From Zygnema circumcarinatum SAG 698-1b (taxonomy: Eukaryota; Plantae; Zygnematophyceae): 64,000 bases of DNA. The stretch lies in NCBI GenBank assembly GCA_037447605.1, contig CM074813.1, forward strand, positions 310,001-374,000, written 5' to 3'. A program made the position numbers and the translations under genes. Positions 1 to 13,793 of this stretch are shown here, piece after piece (positions within the stretch are counted from its first letter, which is position 1; each line of letters opens with the position of its first letter). The notes under the pieces are model-generated. The model had not been told where the DNA came from. It was given only the letters and a program-made list of their open reading frames with translations, and searched no databases.

Positions 1-190
1 AAAATACGATGACAACAATGAATGAATGCAAGTGCCTCCAAAGAAGCAATAACAAATTGCAATTGTAGAGTGAAAACTGGTTTCTTTGGTTTGTGGTTTT
101 TGTGGGTCCTCCTGCAGTTGTTTTTCCTGCACTTGGCCGGCTCTTCATGAAGGGAGGGCGTCCTGAAGTATTACTGTCATGGAAATCCGT

Positions 191-3100
191 TTACCATCGC
201 AGTTTATCCGGGAAATACTGTTCACCCACGCTCTCAAAGTTGTTATGGAGGGAGGGAAAGAGAGGACAGAGAGAAAGAGAGCGAGAGTAGGAGTGGGACT
301 GGGAAGCGAGAGCAGGCGGTTGAGCACAAAAACTCTAGAGACCGGAAGGAGGACGAGAGGTAGGAGGAATGGGACAGGGCAGGAGGAAAAGGAGATGAAG
401 AGGGGCAAGAACAAGGAGAACGATAGGGAAAAGAGCCAGATAGTGGGTTGAGAGAGAGGAAGTGGAAGCGGGAGATGAGGGAGATCATGAAGCCAGGACG
501 AGAGTGAGAATATCGTGACAGTTGGCGAAAGAGACAGGAGAGCAAGAAACAGGGAAGAGGGGGAAGGGCATGTGAGCGGGTGAGGGAGGCAGAAAGTGGG
601 AGGGAAGGCGTCCTGCAGTCACCTTGTGGATGAGGGACATGTAGTATGGCTTCAGCTTCTCCACATCGCAGCGCTCCTTGCTCTTGCTGTACAGATCAAA
701 CTTGCTGCAAATTTGCAGCAGAAAGCCACACCACACATATGACTTTAGTTTCCAGCTCAATTTGCTCCAGTTTTTGCTTCAGTTTGTTACGAACCAAGCA
801 ATTGCCAATTTTTGCCTCCACTAACCACCGGATTCCTGGCAATAGAGGTTCATGTAGCTCAATTACGTATGGAATAGTGATCATTATTTTTTTAATCGAA
901 TGATTGAATAAGTGACAGAGGTAAGGCTTCTCTCACTTGAACTCGAGCACCCATGGCATCATGCTTCGGTCAAAGTCATTCAAGAGGTGTCCGTACTTCT
1001 TGTCCTTGTGCAACGCTGTCCAAGGCAAAACCCCACAAATTAAAGGCAAGTCAAGGCAAGTCAAAGGCAAGTCAAGTCAAGCTTACTCATGTTCAGTGGA
1101 AGGTTTCTGTGGGGGAGACTCACAATAGAAGGAGTGGTAGCGGACCATGTAGTAGCCCGGAGCAGGGATGGTGCATCCATTACGGAGCATAACTTGATAC
1201 CTGACAATACAAAAAACGTAATAGAATTCAGAGAGAATATTTGAAGGTTTTAATTTCAACATTAGAATTGTAGGCGAAAAGCCTTGGGTTGCATTGAGCA
1301 TACGAGGAGTATGTAGCAGCTAGGATTTGAAGTGCTTGTTTTACACCACCTGAAACTTTGCAAAGGAACCTTACATGTATTCGTCATGGCTCCAAGACAT
1401 GTGTACTTTATCCAGCCCACAGCCCGGCTCGTAAACTCCATTTTCTGTGTTATACATGGGGTTATTGAAATCTGGATTTTCTCGAAAATGCTGCACATAC
1501 AACAGAGCAGCGCACCTTCAGTCTGAGGAAGTCGATTGTCAGTTTCTTATAAAAGCAACATTACTGCAAGCTACAAAACTGAACTTGCACTACATGGAAC
1601 ACAGGAGAAGCTTCCGTTATACTACCGTACCACCAGCATTACTGCTGCTACCACGATTGCCACTAGAGGTCTTAATGTCGGTAAAATGATCTGTAATTGG
1701 AGAAATAAAAAACCAGCATTTGAGGAAATGTTACAAGCGCTGTGGCTCACATCATAGTGAACAACCGCTGAATCAAACTTGCACCCAATGGGGTATGTGT
1801 CGCCTGCATAACATATGCTCACCCATTTCATAAGGAACATTATATGCTTGCAACAGAGATTAGCAAACTACAGCATGCATCTGAAGGATGAAACGACAAG
1901 AAGCAGTTGAAACTTAATTCCAGAAAATTAACTCACCAACAACAGCCCATTGAGGCTCAGATCCAAAGCTCGGATGCAAAAGAATTTTGCCCAAATCTGC
2001 GATCCACTAAGCTTCCCTTCAGTATCAACCTCACTAAGCTGGACAGCACACCGACGAGGACATTCTGTTTCCTCTAAAGAAAATAGAGCACAAACACGCC
2101 AAGATAGAAGAGAAAGAAAAAAGCCATGAAAGAAGCTCTACAACACCCGCTCCATGCACATCTGACGGCATCGCCATCGTGAGACGAATGTCAATTCCTT
2201 ACCCTCGGCTCTATTTCTAAAAAGCAACCTGAAGAAAACAGGAAAGATGTGTCATTTGAAGAATATCCAACTCATAGCTCGAAAACACGTACGATTCCGT
2301 AAACTTTTTGCACATTTTTTGTAACAATTTGTAAGTTTCCGTACGATCCCGTACCATGAATAAAGCCAACAAGATGAAACCAATCTTCCCGTGGATGCTC
2401 CGCGCGGATGGCCTCCGCCGTCTGCAGGAGATGCTCGATCTGCGGCATGTCGAGGTCGGGGTCCGACTCGTCCACAGTGTCGTTCAGTAGCTCCGCCGCC
2501 TCCCACACGCTCATCACCGCCTTGTCCAGTGCCAGGTGCTTCGCCTTCATCCGGGTCACCTGGGGAGAAGGGAGAGAGGGTGAGAGAGGGAGAAAGGGGG
2601 AGGGCCGAGGGTGGGAGGATGAGGAAGGGGGGGGGGGGGGTGGGGTGGGGTGGGGTGGGGAGAAGGGAGGCGGAGAAAGAGGGGAAGGGGAAGGGAGGGG
2701 GGAAAGGGGAGGTTAGAGGAAGGGGGGAGGAGCGGGAGGGACAAGTGTAAGGGGAGTCGAAAGGGGAGAAGAAAGGGGTAGGGGGGAGACAGGGGGTCAG
2801 AGGGCAGCTGGGGAGATAGGGACTAGAGCTTAAGGGAGAGGAGAGGGAGCAAGAGAGTTTGGAGAGTAGGAATGCGGGTAAAGTGGGAGTGGCGAGGGAG
2901 GAGGAGGATGGGCTATGGGGGGGGAATGTGGAGGGGTCGGGGAGGGCAATAGGCAGGAAGGCTTTTACAAAGTCATAGGTTTGGTTGATATGGTTGGTGC
3001 GGTAGAACTGCTCCACTCCGAGCCTTCTCTCACTCTCTTCGTTGTATGCTCTGATCAATTCCGCGACCACATCCCAAACCAATAAGGTCGTGATAGGGCC

Positions 3101-4361
3101 ACTTCAGTCCGCCTAAATTTCTTGGAACCCTCTAGGCCTCAAAATCTTCTACTCCCCTACGCCCATCCAATTTTACCTCCCCTGTACCCTCGCATTCCCG
3201 CACTCCCAACCGCGCACTTGAAAGCGCATATAAAAAATGTATAACCAAAAAACGAAAAGCCATTACAAGAACAGTATAGAAGATCTATTTTAAATTTCCC
3301 ATTTCGTCTCACTTACGGCACCTGAAGGCATGCCCGAAGGCGTTTGTGGTGGGGTTCAGGAAGGCGGGGAGGCCCTTTTTCTCAGGGGCAGAGAACTCAT
3401 TCAGGATTCGGTTGGAAAGTTCCGCCATCGCCCGCGGGCTGCCAACCACGTCCGGCAGATGGAGGCTTTGCAGGGCGTCGGCTGCGAATGACGTAAAAAC
3501 AAAAATATAGGGAAAACGAAAGGAAATTGTTAATGACTTGAATAAACCCAATACAACTTTGTGTAACTGAAGTGTTTGATCATTTTGAATACGCAAAAAA
3601 GCGGTGAAGACAGAAAAGTGCTGCTTGGATCCGCGGCATCCGCGTGGAAAGAGTTTTTGTTGCTTAAGGCAGACGTTCTGTGATCGTGTCGCCCCTTCTC
3701 ACCGCCCCCTCCCCCTTTCCTCCCCATCCCATCCCCCTTCCCCACTTTTCCCCCCCACCCGACCATCCCCTCCCCGGTCCTCCGCCCACAGCCCACCGCC
3801 CACTCTCCCACTCCCCCGCTCCCCCGCTCCCCCGCTCCCCCGCTCCCGCCCTCTCCCCCTCCCCCTTTCCTCTTTCCCCTCACCCTTTCCTCTTTCCCCT
3901 CACCTCCGTCTCCCCCCATCCCCCTCCCCTTTTTCCTCCTCCGCCACACCCCCTCCCCCTCCTCTCTCTCTCTCCTTCTCCCTCTCTCCCTCCTTTCTCT
4001 CTCTGTCTGCCTCCCGGCTTTCCCCTTTCCCTCTATACTCTCTCCTTCGCACTGGCATCAAGATTTCGATGAATTTGGATAAATAACTTTTATACAAAAA
4101 GCCACACACTTCATCATGTGCAGCTCACCCTTACTGGGTACAACCTCGCTTCCCCCGACCTCCACCGCATTTCTTCCTGCAATTCATTAATCAGGTTGAA
4201 TTATAACTTCGAATCGATAGAAACAAAAACAAGAGAGAGTGAGAGAGCGGAAAAAATTACAGAAAAAATCAGACGTAGTTTGGACTTGAATTTTGATTTC
4301 CCTCACCGAAACTGACAAACGATTCAGCACCGTCTGCGTCAGCGATGTCGACTCCCGGCAT
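191..4361 (-). CDS. MIOX: myo-inositol oxygenase, multi-exon
   Basis: Hand-spliced GT-AG exons give [99 protein letters not shown]/..MSWSHDEYM/..VRYHSFY/..[27 protein letters not shown]. The stop is at 191-193. The start at 4361 (MPGVDIAD..) and the two short 5' exons are less certain. Confidence 0.95.
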
Positions 4362-4576
4362 GTTGGCGAAAGAGGAGACAAGAAAAATATGGCTCCTTTC
4401 TACTTATTACTTTCTTCAAGTTACGACTGCAACGAGAGGAAGGAAAAAGTAATGTGTGTAAGAAAGTGGATGCATTTGCATATTTTTTTTTTTCGGGATT
4501 TTCAAAGTCACAAAAAGTTGCCCAACATACGAAAGGCAGTGAGTACAGTATGAACCAGGTGGTAATCTCTACTTCT

Positions 4577-4693
<117 letters not shown>

Positions 4694-6341
4694 TTCCCTC
4701 CCCCCACTCCCCACCTCCCTCTCCCTCTCTACTTCACCGCTGCCACACTATCTTCCTCTCCTCATTTACCACCCTTGGAAAGTTTCTCACCTTCAATTCC
4801 TCCTCCGTTCTACCTTTCCTTCTCCCCCTCTCTCCTCGCCAACTCTCTCCCACTCTCTCCCCCTCTCTCTCCCCTGTGTCCACTCTCTCCTCGCTCTCCC
4901 CTCTCCCCCTAACTCTGAATCTCTCTCTCTCTCTCTCTCCTCCCTCCCTCCCTCTATCGCTCTCCCTCACCTCTCTCCCACAAGAGAGCGACAGTTGTAA
5001 GGCTCCAGGCGACCATGGCCACCTGCTACAGGGCATGCTCGACGACCAAATTTGGCCGGCGGACACCGTTGCCGGCCGTCCGAAACGAAATAGGGGCAGG
5101 AAAGCCGTTTCTGCCGGCTACAGCGCCGGCTGGCAAGACGTCCGCCGGTTTGGAAGTGCCTGTTTAGGCCGCCAAGACCGAACCAACCCGCCACTCCAAA
5201 TCTGGAACGGTCAACACCAGCTGCCCAAAATATTCGGAAACAAAAAAAAACATCTTAGCAAAGTTTTGTGTACTTTTTGACGATTTCGTACGCCATAAAG
5301 TACACAATTGTGTACTTTTTTCTTGACCGTACATTCGGAAACATTTTTACGGGCAGATCAAACGTTTAACGGCAGTTGACACGTCGGATGTCTAACACGT
5401 GTGGGAATCAGCCGGACGAGTCGCTCTCGGCGCCTCCACTCGACAGCTCAACGCGCCGTGGCGGGTGGCTTGCCACGCGGCATGTGCACGAGGCCACCTC
5501 AGCGGATGGGCAGGCAGCCGAGTCACAACAAGATCGGTCGTTCTTCTTAACAATGGCTAATCATGGTGTGCCACGTAGTCATAGATCAACGTGGAAACCT
5601 GTAACTGGTCCTTTTGAAAAGTCGGCGAAAAAAATGGAGAAGCGCGGTAGGTATCCACGAGAAATCAACCTAACAATTTTGTCGTTTTGGAAGATTCAAA
5701 TCCAGCTAGATTTGGTTGTCAAGGAAGATCTTGGGAGTAATATGCCACGTCACCGCCTCGTAACGGACGAGATACGGATCGCATCTGAATCTACGGTAGA
5801 TACCTCTTCTTGAAAAATGGATTGGAAACACAATCTTCGAGGGATCGGGACGAAATCTCCTCCACACGAGCGAAGGAATCTGCTTAGAATTGACCGACCT
5901 ACGACACAAAGAATCTCCAGTTTTGGAATTTCAGTGGTCGGTTTGAACGATTCTGGACAGTCTCCATGGTCAACCTGATCCTGTTAGTTGCACGCGGCCG
6001 TGCAACCAAATGGCCTCATAGAACCGGGCAGCGCAGCTTCCATGACAAAGTCGCCATGCGATCATGGCATGAAGGGCCATCCCCCCCCCCCCCCCAATGC
6101 CACCATGCCATGTGTCACCATGCCAGGTAACACCTCCACATCTCATCGCACTGTCACAATTCACATCCTCATCCCATCCCATCCCATCCACATCATCACG
6201 ATACCACACACCCATTCCAACATGGAAAAGTTCGCTGTTCTTCATTCATCCCCTCCACACCAACACCAACAACCGCCGCCCTCCCTCCCTCCCTCCCTCC
6301 CTCCNNNNNNNNNNCCCTCCCTCCCTCCCTCCCTCCCTCCC

Positions 6342-7050
6342 TCACTTGTGCTTGCGTGACGTCAGCGCCTCCCTCGCCCCAAAGTCCCACACCCCAAACA
6401 TGAGCCTCTTGACCTCCCCCTTTCCGTACACAAGGTACCCCGCCCCGTGCAGCGCCTGGAACACGGCCGCCCCGCACATGGTCCGCATTCTTCGATTCTT
6501 CTCAAAGGCTTCGAAGAAGTCCGGATGCCTTATGATGTGCTGCTCCAACTTCTTCTCGCGCAAGTATCGCCCGCAGACCATGTTGCGGAGGAGGGAGGCG
6601 TGCTTGCGTTCAAGCCACAATATGGGGCCGTCCAAATGCTCCACAAGGAGTCTCTCCGCAAGAACCACATCCTGTTCACATCACAACGACATAAGAGACT
6701 TAAAATCGTTCATTAACAGTGCAAAAATGCAAATAGTACGGTTCAAACCGATGCAAAAAAAACTATGTGAAACTATGTTACTGACTTCTTTACAGTTGAT
6801 AAGGGGTACGTGAAAGGAATGTATGGGTTTTGGAGTGCTTAAAATTTGTGCTTCTGAGGGTTTTTTGGACTTTGGGGGTTTTTGGGTTTTCAGGGTTCAG
6901 GTGTGAAGAAGCTTACTTGAATTTTGGACCCCAAATATTCCAAACGTTCGTTACAGAATCGGGGATGCTCCGTTTTGTACATCGACGAATGCAGGAATGC
7001 CAGCTGGCAGTAAAACATAAGGGGTTAGAAATCTCTAAGCCCCGCCGCTT

Positions 7051-7111
<61 letters not shown>

Positions 7112-7775
7112 ATCCCTCTCTGATTCACACGGCCCACTCTTCCTCCTCCTCAAATTCCATGTGATACAGTTCGGAAAATTCTGTAAATGTAATTTTTACC
7201 TGCAGTGCGAGGACGAGCTCTTCATTTCGAGTTTGTTTAACTTCAACGGGCATGGAAGCAGGTGAAGGGCGAGGATATCCTAATTTATCGAGAACGGAAC
7301 TGAGACTGTTATAGAACCAGTTGCTTCCGCGGAATCTTCCAATGCCAGGTGGCACGCACGCCCGGAAAAGGCGGGGATGGAAAAAAAGGGCATCTGGGGG
7401 GGGCTGGAAAATCAGAGGAGGAAAAAGAAAGCAATGAAACGTCGTAGGAAACAAAAAAAAAAACACATAAGCACTTCATCGAGGTTTAAAACCAATTGTT
7501 ATTAGCTTATTTTTTCACTTATTGACAACAGGGCACACATGACTTGCAGCAGCACAGAAATCAGAAGAAAGGGGAGAGAGGCGGAACATATGGATGTAAG
7601 GGAGGGAGGGGAGTGGAGAAGGGAGTGAAGGGAGGGGGGGGGGGGTCTGGGGAGGGAAGCGAGTGTGGAAACGGAGAAAGAAAAAGGGTGCGGAGGGCAG
7701 GGAGAGAGAGAGAGGGGAGGGGGAGCGAAAGGGAGTGAGTGGGGATAGGGAAGCCAAGAGAAAAAGAGAGCTAAG

Positions 7776-7837
<62 letters not shown>

Positions 7838-10051
7838 TACCTCATAGTTTGCAACCTGTTCCCATGTCAACGGCTTTCCGTCCAGTTCGGGCACCATATA
7901 GTCTTCGTCCTCCGGGCGGCCCGCCCGGGGACGGGTCTCGGGGGCGTCAAAATCGATCCCAAAAACTTCAAAGAGGAGACGGTACACCTCCCGCATGCCA
8001 AGTGTCAAGTAGCCAGTGGCTATCAGGGCCATGAATACGGACCTGCCGTAGAGGACAACGGAACAAACCCACATGGAACTGAGAGTGGCGGACAGAAAGA
8101 GAGGCACAGGCAGTTGGATGCCAAACTGACAAGCCTCACGGAAATACTATCAGAGGGAACGGCGGAGAGTGGAGGAAGGGAGAGGGAAGGGGAGAATAGA
8201 GAGGGGGTGGAGAGAGAGGCACATACTTAGCGATAGGTTCGCGTGTGTTTTTCAAAACTCTCAAAAGGGGATAATCTGGAAATATGAGACGGTCCAATCC
8301 GGCGTCAACGAGGAGATTTGGAAGAACACGTTTGTTCAAAACAGCATCCGCTCGCTCGCGGAGGGAGGCGGGGACTTCACGCGGATATCTCTGAAGCCCC
8401 AAAAAATTAGAGTTTTTACAGTTACTTGCAGTCAGTTAGACATCAGAATTCTCAACCTAACTTTAAGGTTCGAGAAGAAAGGTATGAATTAGGGCTTCGA
8501 ATAACTTTTTTAAGGTGCAGGGTTCGGGATAAAGCTTCCGATTTGGATCTAGAATTGCAGTTGATAATTTATGGTTTGTCAGTGAAAGGGATTGAGTTAG
8601 TGAAGCAAGCCTCAGTTAGTGACAGGGAGGGGGAGGGGGAAGGAGGGAGAGGGGGGAGGAAAGGAAGTCGGGGGGGCAGCGAGAGGGAGAGAGAGTGAGA
8701 GAGGGAGTGTGAGAGGGAGAAGAGCACCTGAAGAAGGTACTCAGACAGAGCCAGGTCCACCACATACTGCCCGAGATATGCGAGACGAGAACTTGCCACC
8801 TTCAAATGCCGTCCTCTTTTAGTTTGCGCCCTGAAACCAACACAGACAGTTTCGGTTGTAAATCCGAACTGAAATCTACTACACTAAGAGGTGATCTTTT
8901 CATTTATGCAGTTCGGCATTATGCGAAGTTTCACATTAGCCACTAAACCAAAAGGACCTGCCTGCCTCTGCTGCATACCTGCCGCCTCTCCCTCTCCTCC
9001 TCCCTTCCCCTCCCTCTCCTTCGCCCTTCCCTTCCCCCACTCTCTCCCTCCCCTTTTCCTACCTGTGCATGTATGCCAAGAACAATAAGTTATCCAACTG
9101 CTCCATTGGCCCCCCCTCCTTTACCCCATTTAGTTCCATCTCCGGAAGTGGATATCCAAGCGCATATTTTATTTCCTCCACATTTTCCTCCATCCATTCG
9201 CGGTCGGAATTTGTGAGAGGAAGGGCAGAAAGGCAGGAGCTCAAGAGGGGGTACTGCGCGCCCTCCATCGACAATTGGGGACTCGATAAAAGCCGTTTAT
9301 ATAGAAAATCTTCGCTCGCATTATTCCGCACCGAACGCCTTTTCAAATTGACCTTTTCCTGAGGCTTCATTTTCCGAATATTGGGTTTCCGCACGAGTTT
9401 CCGGTCTCCGTCTTCCGAATTTTCTTCTTTTTCGGAATTGGGGCTTCCGTGTTGCCGAAAATTGACCTTCGTTTTGCCTTTTCTGCCCGCATTATTTACA
9501 TTACTACTCCGATTTTTGGTCCCGTTCAGCGGAGCGGAGCGGCGGCTTGTGTACCCTTGAAATCCAGCAATGTTGCGGGGCCCCTTCTTATTGGGGTCTT
9601 CTCTCTCTCTCTCTCTCTCCCTCTCTCCCACTCCCGCTCCCTCCCCGTCTCTCCCTCCCTCTCGCTCTCTGTCTACCCTCTTCCACTCTGAACCGCGCCC
9701 TGAACTCTTCCTGCTTCTGGGAAGAGGCCCTGAACCCTCGTCCCTTAGCCATGGCGGAGCAGTCTGCATGGAACTGGCAGCGGGCGAAGAAGCGAGAGTG
9801 CATTCCACCGGCCGCGAAATTTTAGGGTTTCGGTAAAAAATAGGGTTCAGAAGAGTTTCAGGCCTTGTAGTGTTCTGATAGTAGCCAACATTTTGAAAGA
9901 AGGATCCGGGAAATGGGAGACCTAAGAAGGAAGTGCGTGGGAAACCCAATTTTGGGTCAGCGGAGGCAGAGGGTGAGAGAGGGAGTGGGAGAGAGGAGGG
10001 AGGTGTGGAAGAAATAAGAGAGAGGGAGAGCGCTACAGTGGGGGGCGCCAT
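6342..10051 (-). CDS. RNC1: chloroplast RNase III-domain group II intron splicing factor RNC1, multi-exon
   Basis: Exons encode RLLSSPQLS..YPLLSSCL, SRLAYLGQYVVDLALSEYLLQ, RYPRE..LRER, YRLLFEVFG, PPPDALFFHPRLFRACVPPG, EHPRFCNERLEYLGSKIQ and AERLLVEHLDGP..CGRYLREK..YGKGEVKRLMF. This matches the plant RNC1 two-RNase-III architecture as I recall it. Confidence 0.92.
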
Positions 10052-11632
10052 GGACTAGAGAGGGGGCAGGCTGCGTAAGGGAGAGGGAGAGGGAGAAGGA
10101 GGGCAGATACCGCCGAGCGGGTATACGGCGACATTCTGATCGATACAATATCGAACGGCCAAATCAGTGCAATTTTTGCAGTACGATACAATACGATACA
10201 ATACGATACAATACGATACGATACATCTATGCCTTTGTCCTAGGCACTTACCCACTCTACCATGAACCATGTTCCGTCCACATGAGCCTTGTAGTTGGAG
10301 GACATGAAAGTCACTGTGTGTGTCTAAAGGTTTCGGGGCTAGAGATTGTTGTTCGTTCGCTCATGGCACAACTTGCCTAGCTCATGCCATCCCTCAATCA
10401 CACTATTGCCCATCCGTTTCTTGAGAAACTTCCCAAGTTTCCATGAATGGCTTCAAGAGTGAGGAAGAGAGAGCACTTCCCTTTCCTCACATCCTCACAG
10501 AGTGGCACGCAACCATTGCATCCAACGGTGGCAACCATTGGCAATGGTTGCTTGGTTGGGCCCCCTAACCTAACCAATGGTTGGTACAACCAGTACAGTA
10601 GGACCCCCATCATATTTTCCACCTCAACATTTGCGTCACCAATAAATTCGCACCAATTTTGCCGAAACCACTTTTTTTGTACGGTAACTTCGTGTTAGCC
10701 GTACTAGCCGTACTATCTGTACTAGCCGTCACGGGCTTACGCAAAACTCACCTAATCTCCCCGCACGTGCCGCCGTAAGAGGCGCTCACTCTCCCCTTGT
10801 TATTGGCTTCAATACGATACGAAACGATACGAAACGCCCCGATACGGTACTATCCGTACTATCCGTACGAGCTGTAGTAGCCGTTACGCGCTCGAATATA
10901 AACGATACGGTACGATGCGGTACGATATTCCAGAAAACGATACGATACGATACGTACGAACATACATGAACTCTAACATAATTCCGCTCGCCTATTGGTA
11001 ACACGGACCTTATATTTGCCAAAAACAATATTTTCGCCCGATTTTTGCCAAATGTAGGTGGAAAATATGATGGGGTCCTACTGTACAGTACTTCAAGGCT
11101 CCGTACGGTACTATAACATACGGAAGGAAGCATTAGCGTCGACCGCGTGAACCGAAATGGTCGTACATAACCGAAAGTGTACGACTGGGATTTAGAGCCC
11201 AAACAGTTCCTGCGCTTCAGGGCTACTTTGACATGTTTAGGGTTTCCGGACTTCAGGGTTTTAGGGTTTTTCCAGAAGCCTCAGGGTTCAGGCCAGCCCC
11301 TTCAGCCAACTGAAATATTGTTCTCTGAACCACAAATTTAAGCGATTTTTTCGAGCGCCAAATCTCAAGCTTGAAAGCCTAATTCTTGCGCTAATCCCCT
11401 AATGATCTTGAATTCTCCTCCTAGTCCTTGATCCCTGAACCCTGAACCCTAGACCTAAACCCTAATGTCATGACTACCGCACACCAGAAAAGGCCGCCTC
11501 TAAACCCTTTCACCCTTGTCCCTCGGAAACTCTGACTCGTTCCTGGACCCTAATTGCAAGTATTGATGCTCTGAACCCGTAAACTGTTAAACCCTAAACC
11601 CTAACCCTAAACCCTAAATCCTAGGCCCTTCC

Positions 11633-13312
11633 ATGGCGGCGCATTTCGCCATCAGCCCCGCGGAGGATGATATCGTCATCAGGCAGCGCCTGCTGACGCG
11701 CACCACGGTGACACGTGGCGAGCCCCCGCTGAAGAAGCTCCTGAAGCGCTTCAGCGCGTTTGCAACGGAACTGGAACTGGAACGGAACGGCGACGCGGCG
11801 CTCCATGAGGCGGAGCGGGCGGCCAGAGCGTTCCTGCAGGAACTGAACTCGTTCGAACTTCCGTTGGCGAAGACGGAGGCGGTGGTGCAAGCGAACAGGA
11901 GGGAGCAGGAGAGCTTCAAGGAGCTGCAGACGGACCTGGACCGCCAGATAGAGGAGGTAGGGAGGGAGGGAGGGAGGGAGGGAGGGAGGGAGGAGGGAGG
12001 GAGGGAGGGAGGGAGGGAGGGAGGGGGTGGGGGGAGGGAGGTGGGGAGGGTGGGAAGGGGTGGGGAGGAAGGTGGGGAGGGTGGGAAGGGGTGGGGAGGA
12101 AGGTGGGGAGGGGTGAGCGGGAAGGGGGGGGAGGGGGGAGAAGGGGGGGGGGGGAGGGGGGAGATGAAGGGGGGAAGTATAAGGAGTAGAGGGGAGGGGA
12201 CGAGGGACAAGGGGGGAGGAGCGAGGCAGGGAGAGGGGAAGAGTGGGGAGGGGGGTGGAGGAGGGAGGGGAGGGCGAGGGCGAGGGGTGAAGGAATGGGA
12301 GGGGCGAGGGGGAGGGGTGAGGGGCGAGTGGTGGAGAGGGAAAGGAGAGATGGGGGGAGGGGGACGACGGGAGGGGGGGAGGGGAGGAAGAGAGAGGTTA
12401 GGAAGGGGGAGAAGGGGGGCTGGGGGGAGAAAGGGGGAAACTGGGGGAGGAATTGCTTTTGGCCTCCCGACATTTGAATGAATAACTTGGGTGTTTCAGT
12501 GGAAGGTATGATTACGCTGACGTTTCAAATGGAGTAGTTTGAGACTCGGTTCTATTAGGTGAAGCACATTGACGACAATATTGTACAGCTTGTCGTCCTT
12601 GTCAGGCTCGCGCCCAAATAGAGGAGCGTGTGAAGGAGCTGGAGGTGGCGCGGATGGAGCGGAAGCACAAGGAGGAGAGTGAAGCCATCCGGCGGCTCAT
12701 CGCAGCGCAGCCTCCGCGTTTGGAGTCGGAGAAGGCAATTGCGATGCTCGAAGAGGAGCAGGCGAGGCTTGAGGCGGAGAATGCAATGGCTGCCAAAACG
12801 TTGGATTTGAGAAAGAAGCAGTTCGCATTGCTCATGCATGCGGTAGGTTTTCATACTTCCCTTCTCCCCCTCCCTCTCTTCCATCCTTCCCTCCCCTCAC
12901 TCGTTCTCTCTCTATTGCTCTTTTTAATCATGTATTTGTTTCGTTTTTTAAATTGCGTAGTGTGTATTGTGTAATGGGGATTCAAAGTTGACAGAGAATT
13001 GAGATGCCGACATTGTTGTTCTGCCATTGTGTTTTTTCCTTTTATCTGCGCCTCCCAGCAACCCCCCCCCCCCCGGGCAATCTTTCGAAATGGATTGGAG
13101 ATTGGACAAGCGGGTCGAGATGTGTTCGGGCTCGCTGAGTGCTTTTTGTTTCTTTTTTCCTCTTCTATTGGATGTAGGTGGACGAGCTTCAGGGTGCGAT
13201 GGAGGAGGAGGAGGGCGCCATCGACTCTGCGGAAGGAGAGGAAAGTTCTCCAGAGGAGGAGGGAGATGCTAACGGTGTTTCAGTTCAGCGCATGGATCTG
13301 GATGCCGTTTAG
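11633..13312 (+). CDS. THO7: THO complex subunit 7, 3 exons (11633-11956, 12606-12842, ~13179-13312)
   Basis: DDIVIRQRLLTRTTVTRGEPPLKKLLKRF..AFLQELNSFELPL; HKEESEAIRRLIAAQPPR..LDLRKKQFALLMHA/VDELQ; canonical GT-AG junctions. Confidence 0.93.
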
Positions 13313-13793
13313 GATTCTAATCACTGAATATCTGTGAGAATATGCGATGAGAGACTCATGCTGAGAAGGATAAGGAGCATTCTCAGTCAATTGTGAATAC
13401 ACCAACTAAAAAGGGGAAAGAAATAAGGGAATAAATAAAAAAAACGTCAAAGCTGCACCGTAAAATTTGATGAAGGTCTGGAGACTTCATCTCCACTCTC
13501 CATGCCGCTCTGTTTTGTTCCGTTCTGTTCTGCTCCGCTCCGTTCTACTGTGTTCAGTTCCGTTCTGCTATCGATGGTTAGGTTACGTACTTCTGGGCGG
13601 GTGTAAACATACACCTTCTTGAACCAAAGCCCCCATTTCAATTTTCAAACGTTACTGGTCTCGGGAAAATCTCTTTAAAAGAATAAATTATTTACACCAG
13701 ATACAGCAATTCTACAGAAGAAAAAAAAAGGGAAAGCAAAAAAGAAAATTGACATTTCCTATGGCCTCTATTTTGAATACGAAATAAACAATG

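Noticed and set aside
10140-10970. (ACGAT/ATACG)n short repeats resembling a CRISPR or structured array
   Set aside because: The units are 5-mers without unique spacers of regular length, there are no cas genes, and the context is eukaryotic. I could not find TIRs or a TSD to call a transposon.
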